A DNA stretch of 64,000 bases, taken from contig CM022669.1 in assembly GCA_012295275.1 (NCBI GenBank), positions 17,050,001 through 17,114,000 on the forward strand, in the 5' to 3' direction. Source of the stretch: Chrysomallon squamiferum (Eukaryota; Animalia; Mollusca). The position numbers and the translations under genes were made by a program. The notes beneath the pieces were generated by a model. That model did no database searches and had not been told where the DNA came from. It saw nothing but the letters and a program-made list of their open reading frames with translations. Shown piece by piece: positions 57,620 to 64,000 of this stretch. Positions within the stretch are counted from its first letter, which is position 1, and the number at the start of each line of letters is the position of its first letter.

Positions 57620-59560
57620 TTGCACTGAAAGAAAAAAAAAAAAAAAAAAAAAAAAAACACAAAATATTTATCCAACATAATAAAAACAAAAACACATTTC
57701 AGTGAAACTTGGTTAAATGTAAAAATGTTCCGAAACATTATCCTTTTAAATATTTCAACATAAATGTTATATTTAATATAAAACAAAAACATTTTCACAT
57801 ACCTACACAAAATTATAATAATGAAAATTAATTTACGTATTATTAATTTTTCATTGTTGCTGCTTTTATTTTCATTTATTGTTATTATTATTTATGATTG
57901 CTACTATATTATAATTATTATTATTTTTAATTTTGTTATATTATTATTGCTACTAATATAACTATTACTACAACTACTGATGCTGTTACTACTACTACAA
58001 GTGCTACTATAACCCACACCCATTATTATTACTATTATTACTATTATTATTATTATTATTATTATTATGAAATTTTATTATTCATTCAAAAATTCACTTT
58101 ACACAGATCATAACCAAGGCTCTATACCCAGATACATTCTGAAACACTCTTTATTCATATCAAATCTGAATCAACTGAAACAGTTTCCACAAGTGATAAC
58201 CTTACAGCATTACATCGTTACAGACACAGATGTACAAAATCTGGTAATCACCTGAACCACTTAATGAGACTTATCTAGAAGGGATTTCATTAGCAGACAG
58301 AGATAATAACATAATCCTCAGGTTAATAGCCTGTAACACAATCTGGGTCTATACAGGATCAGATGGCTTCATTTGTAAGTGTCACACACAGAGGAAAGTG
58401 GCGTGCAGTTCGTAAGCTTGTGCACTGGGTATTTAGAATTGTAAAAATCTGGCGTCTGTGCATGTTTAAAGTGAAGTGAAGACCATAAGAGGATGAAGAT
58501 ATCAGTGAGATAGTAATTCTCACAAACAGTGTCATTGTTGGTCGTCAACATTGTTTCGTATGTCAGTAATTATAAACAGTGCTAAATATAGAAAAAATAT
58601 GAATGAGGAATAATAGTAAATGTATATTGTTTTAGTTTGTTTTTGAAGGGTTTTTTGGTTGTTTTGGAGGGGGGTTGTTGGGATTTTTTTTGTACTGGTT
58701 TGGTTTGGTATGGTATGGAGGTTTTTTTTGTGTGTGTGTATGGGTATTTTTTTAATTTTTTATAATGAATAATAATGGGAGATTCTAGAACGAGTAATCC
58801 TACATATAATGACTCTTTAAGGCAGTCATTCTACCTAACAAACTATAATTTTGTAAATGTATACAAAAAAAAAAAAAAATTAAAGTATTTCGTGGTCCTG
58901 TAGAATTGTATCTGTTTTCTGTCACCCAAGACAAACTATCCCATCACCTTGGACTGAAAAACAAACTGCTAATGTTACTGCACCATCCCGCCAGTAATAA
59001 ACTACAAAACCATTAACTCACATACATCAGCAAATAAATGAGAAGGACAAGTTTATTTTCCTGCACTAATTATTGGCAGACATGCAATGAAAGTATTAGC
59101 ATTTTACATTTTCGAAGAACAGAAAACTGGCACCATGAGTATGGTCTCTGCTCTCTAGTTTCAGTTTCATCCGAGTTATGTCAATACTTCTTCTTGCTCT
59201 GTCTTGCAAACATAAACACACAAAATACTTGTTTTCAAAATCACATACTGTAGGGTCACTGCCTCCATACCACAACTGAAGAAATTCGTGTAAACAAGCG
59301 AAAAAACACAACCAAGAAATGCTTTCCACAGAGCATTCCGAGATGATCTTTAATACGAACTGGGGGAAAGATCAGTTGAGATTTTTTGTATCTATCATTA
59401 AATGTCTCTGGCCATTTCCCAAACCCAGTTCCACACCGTGCTGTAATAGCTTGATTCAGATATATATAAAAAAAGACTTTTATATCTGTAGTCTGGTGTT
59501 GAGAATTAGCAAGAAGATCAGCTAAACATCTGGAACTGTTTAAAAGTATATAAAAGTATT

Positions 59561-59614
<54 letters not shown>

Positions 59615-59743
59615 TAAAATGATACATCTAATACAGTACACATATGTTTATAATACAATATAAACGTATGTCTAATAAATATTGATAATAACTATAAACA
59701 ATAAAAAGCAATTACAAACATGTAATATTATACATAGCTTATA

Positions 59744-59789
<46 letters not shown>

Positions 59790-60198
59790 CAGAAACATAT
59801 AAAAAAAAAAAAAACATAAAATGCACAGATACACATTTATAGCCACATATTCTTAACTAAATGCACAAAACGTTACAACCAAAAGTTACAAAACTTTAAA
59901 ACTGATCAAAATAAGAAATCAAAGAATCCTTAGTTTTACAGAAATTCCACTCTTCCCATTTTTCCCATCTTCCTCTTCCTTCTTTTTTTTAAATTTTTTT
60001 TCTTTTTCTTTCTTTGCATCTTGAAGTTAATATCCTGGTGAGTCACACAACACTTAAATACAATTAGCAGACAAGACCTGCCAACCGCACATTTGTTATG
60101 TAATATCACTGACACATTTATGTGAAATACTTGGAGTATCAGCAGCACATACCTTTCAACCCATCTGATCTTTATCACTCTGATAACTGTTATTGTTT

Positions 60199-60313
60199 TC
60201 ACCCAATAGCTGATACATTGTTGTTGTTTCTTCTTCTGCTGGGATGTTGTTAGATGTTCATTCATTCATTCATTCATTCATTCATTCATTCATTCATTCA
60301 TTCATTCATTCAT
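60199..60313 (+). mobile_element. SINE-like 3' end with (ATTC)n tail; family copies at 27343-27402, 31041-31116 and a partial copy at about 52435
   Basis: The shared motif (c)acccaatagc..gat...tgct(g)gg(a)tgt(c)(a/g)tta(a)a(c)attcattcattc appears at three dispersed sites in the same orientation, each ending in ATTC repeats. Confidence 0.55.
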
Positions 60314-60484
60314 GATAACTTATTTTCCTTCAGCAGTAACTGATAATTTACAGGATGGAATAACTGTCGAGATTAATTATTACCAACGTGATATTATGTG
60401 GCTGCTTACTTACCTCATCTGATTAATAGGATAAACAGAATAGTAATAACATGATAATGAGGAACAGTGTTTTATGGGTATACC

Positions 60485-60525
<41 letters not shown>

Positions 60526-60726
60526 GAATTGGAAAAAAAATAGTAAAATTTTATTTGTTAAGCCATTAATGTGCATGAAGCCTGATGCTATTTGTTTTAA
60601 TCCCCACCCCACATCCCAAGTCACCCCCCTGTGCTGCTGACAGTCGAACATTGACAAGGTGTCCTGAATATTGATTTTACCTGAAATAAATTAGGCCTGG
60701 TTAAACTGATGAACTGTTGTACGTAC

Positions 60727-61331
60727 CTGGCAGAGAGAAGGTTTTCCTTCAGTAAAGAAATCCCATTGATGTCAATGATTTCATCGCCAATTTTCAGACG
60801 ACCATCGTAAAACGCCATGCTTCCCTCTTTAATACTGACAATCTTGAACGTCAACAACATCGTTCCAGCAGAAATCACTGGAGACGGCGACGGCGTTGAT
60901 GTAGGGGATGTTACACTTCCGTTTATGTAGCCGCCGTCGCTGCTGTCACTTGCCGCCCTCTGGCGGTGCGATCCCACGGGAACACAGTCGAAAACGATTC
61001 CCAAGTTCTTCCCCCGGACTGTAGAAAACTGGACAGAAAACACATGATCTTTTCTCGGGGGTTTTGTCGGCGGTGGCGATTTTGACAAAAGTTCCCGGTC
61101 GCCGCCAGTCCGATGATCGAAGTTAAAAGCGCCGACACGTTTTGCACGTGCGTAGTCAATTTCATCTTGGTCGTCGACGTGCGACGCCGAGGCGGCCCTG
61201 ACGGGGACGGATTCGCCGCCGCCCCTGTTTAGTCGGGTGTGCGACTTCCGAGCGTGTCTCGTTTTCAAACTTCCTCTTCTCACCGAGTTTTGTGGGAAAA
61301 TCCGATTGAAATAAGCCTTTAGCGTATCCAT
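60727..61331 (-). CDS. PDZD2: PDZD2/IL-16-family multi-PDZ protein, coding exon 1 (start codon, N-terminus and most of PDZ1)
   Basis: CpG-rich ORF MDTLKAYFNR... with ATG in good context (aagATGG). It contains PDZ motifs GKNLGIVF and KEGSMAFYDGRLKIGDEIIDINGISL. It ends at GCC AG|gtacgt (donor GT 60726-60725, phase 2), which joins in frame to exon 2. The symbol is a family-level assignment from recalled similarity. Confidence 0.88.
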
Positions 61332-61531
61332 CTTTCAAATGCATATTCAGCCCCGTATTCGTGAGAAATGTTCACAAGTTTAAACATCCAGGCAGCACTT
61401 TCCATAGTTTTAGCCTCCGACTGTATCCCGATTTTTTTTATTTATTTATTTTTTATATATATATATATTCAGTTTGTATACAAAATTTTCTTTTTCTTCA
61501 TTGGTATATTTATCACTTTCGCTTTTCCGAA

Positions 61532-61577
<46 letters not shown>

Positions 61578-61699
61578 TTTTCACCTTATCGTTAAAATAA
61601 ACTATTAACTTTCAAGTATGCCATATTATTAACGATATATTATTAACGATATATTTGTTACAACCATACCTTTCGAGTTCTTCACAATAACTGATAAGA

Positions 61700-62600
61700 G
61701 CTTTATTAAAGACGAGTTCCCGTAACGAAAATAATTAGACACGGTATATTTGACAATTTACACAAGGAAGGCGTCATCGATTGGTTTCAGACAACACAAA
61801 CTGCACGCTTATTGGATCTCGTAGCGCACTTTGAAACGTTATTGGTTCTTGAGGTAAAAATTATCACTTCATTAGCTCCTGCGACGTGATTCAAAACGAA
61901 CTGCACCGTTGTTTTAATTAGGGTTCGTGAGACGGTCAAACTCGATAGTAGACGTTATATAATTATTACAGATAAGCCGAGCGCTCTCGTCCAGTTCCAG
62001 GAACTCGTAACGGTAACGTTACAACTCCACGTGATAATATTGTTTCACGGCTCCAACTCGAGAATAAATATAATCCGAAGTTAACCGAAGTAGCAAGCTC
62101 CATCTCCCGTGTTACAACATTTTTCTCGTAGCAGACGAACTCGCGGTGAAAAATAAAAATAAAAAAATAATTTTTAAAAATCACTCTGCGGTGTTATTTC
62201 TCCCTCTTATTGGGCAACAGCTGAAAACAAAAACTCCAACAGAACAGGAGCACCGACCGCATCGTGTCATTTCACCGAATCGGTGCCGATAACAAACTTC
62301 TGGCAATGTGCCACCCATCTGCATTGGCCAGCAGTCCAAAACTTGATTGGATAACATTTCTGGAGATGGCCAATGAGTAATTGAGCTCGTGATGCTCTTG
62401 GAATCTTACGCTGAATGAAATAAATCGGTTTTAAGTGTGAGAGCGTAGTATATATATATATATACACATATATATATATACCTGCACAGCGTTTGACTGC
62501 GCTTGAGAGAGTGACCAGATGTCGATGCATAAGAGGGGCACTTTATATAATCGTAAAAAAAAACGCGTTTCGCAAATTTAAGTCAAGCAGCCGTTGGCAC
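61700..62600. promoter_or_regulatory. Probable promoter region of the PDZ gene (CpG-enriched, CCAAT boxes, E-box)
   Basis: CpG density is visibly higher than in the introns. ATTGG occurs at 61780, 61811 and 61841, with further ATTGG/CCAAT at about 62209-62375 and CACGTG at about 62028. The region lies 0.4-1.2 kb upstream of the ATG. Confidence 0.5.
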
Positions 62601-62779
62601 GATATGGCGATGTTATTACTAGTTTTTAATTATTATTATTATTATTATAGAATAATCATAAATTAAAGAATATATTTTGTAATAAATAATGTTATATATA
62701 TATTTTTTTTAGCGTTGTTTAATATTATGATTATTATTGTTGTTTACTTACGTTTTTACTAAGTTACGCTGCCGTTTTC

Positions 62780-62819
<40 letters not shown>

Positions 62820-62962
62820 TAATAATAATAATAATAATAAATATAATAAATATAATGGTGCATAATAATTTTGTTTGTGTCATCTAATAAAATTGGGGAC
62901 AGTGGTAATCTCTTCCCCCCCTCCAAAAAAACATTGGTCAAATCATTATGACGATGATGATG

Positions 62963-63015
<53 letters not shown>

Positions 63016-64000
63016 CAGTGATTTATCAAAGGCAGTGGTATGTGTGTTCTAGACTTGGAATGTATGAAGTATTTCTCTCCTCTCAGATAATCTGTAAAGT
63101 CTTTAATGTATGATACCACATTAAAATTGGTTGATACATAAAACTTGTCTTCCCTTCTTCTTTAACATGTTCTTCCCTGGAACATGAAGATGAGTCACTG
63201 GTATTACTGTTGCCCCTCCCACCTTCAAACAGAAAGCTGAACTCAAGTGCTGTGTTGGAATGGAAAACCAAACAAATAGTTGCAGGAGAAAGGATTTTTG
63301 AAACCTGACAGTTTCAGCTGAATCATTCATCATAACAGTAAACTGATACAGTAGACCATTTGACCTTTGAGCTGCCAAACAGAGTGAAATACATAAAGGT
63401 CTGTCTGTCTGTTTGTCTGATAAAGGTCTTGAAAATCAGTTGATCACATATTCAGGTGGATATTATTATTACTGTTTATTTAGTGCATAAAGGAAAAAAG
63501 ATATTAATAATTTTTGACATCCTTTATATATTACATACATCCGTACCAACTTAAATACATGTGTGTATAAACATACATACAATAGCACATCTGTGCATTG
63601 TTATTATGCATATCTATTGATACATTCATTCCTTTTTGTTTATTTAAAGATAAAAACTAATTTAACCAACTAGAGTTGAAAATTTAAACTTTATATGTTT
63701 TTTCTGTTATATTAAGGGACTGGTTTGCAGTAGTGGACTTGCTGCATATTTTAATGACGTCTAAAAGGCTTTGTAAAACTGTGTTCTAGCGAAAGCTGGA
63801 CAGTGTAGTTCAGTGTATGTGTGTTGGTATCCAAGTGCATTTAATGCACAAACCACATACAACTTGAAATCAGTTTGATAAATGTTTTTAAAAACCAAAG
63901 AAACCCCTGAAGTTTGCATAATGCAGGTCAAAGTATCTGGATTTGTCTCCGTGTAGCTTCTATACTAGTGAAAGGTTAATAGGTTTTTGTTTAACTCCTT

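Noticed and set aside
63083-63378. Short ORFs upstream of the promoter as a neighbouring gene
   Set aside because: There is no recognisable motif or consistent exon structure within the window.

Overview
This is eukaryotic animal DNA, very AT-rich and dense in microsatellites; the repeat landscape suggests a lophotrochozoan/mollusc-like genome (inference). Almost the whole window is one intron-rich gene on the minus strand, encoding a multi-PDZ scaffold of the PDZD2 / IL-16 / big bang family. I reconstructed 11 coding exons by hand from GT-AG sites and intron phases: 61331-60727, 22333-21502, 15771-15635, 13731-13599, 10829-10629, 9664-9458, 8646-8511, 7975-6600, 6200-6086, 5582-5444 and 1958-1859. 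They give about 1,327 codons and four PDZ domains. A 38.4-kb first intron splits PDZ1. Nine of the ten junctions are phase-compatible; the exon 6/7 junction inside PDZ3 is one base short. The most notable feature is a 30-bp coding tandem repeat between PDZ3 and PDZ4 that places 15 tyrosines exactly 10 residues apart, 13 of them in YxN (Grb2-SH2-type) context. About 20 YxN motifs and two PxxPxR SH3 ligands across the protein suggest a multivalent phosphotyrosine adaptor. The rest of the window is intronic microsatellites, minisatellites, SINE-like remnants and candidate regulatory motifs (CCAAT boxes, RFX X-boxes). There are no prokaryotic features, rRNA, intact tRNA or CRISPR arrays, and nearly all ORFs in the supplied track are microsatellite artefacts.
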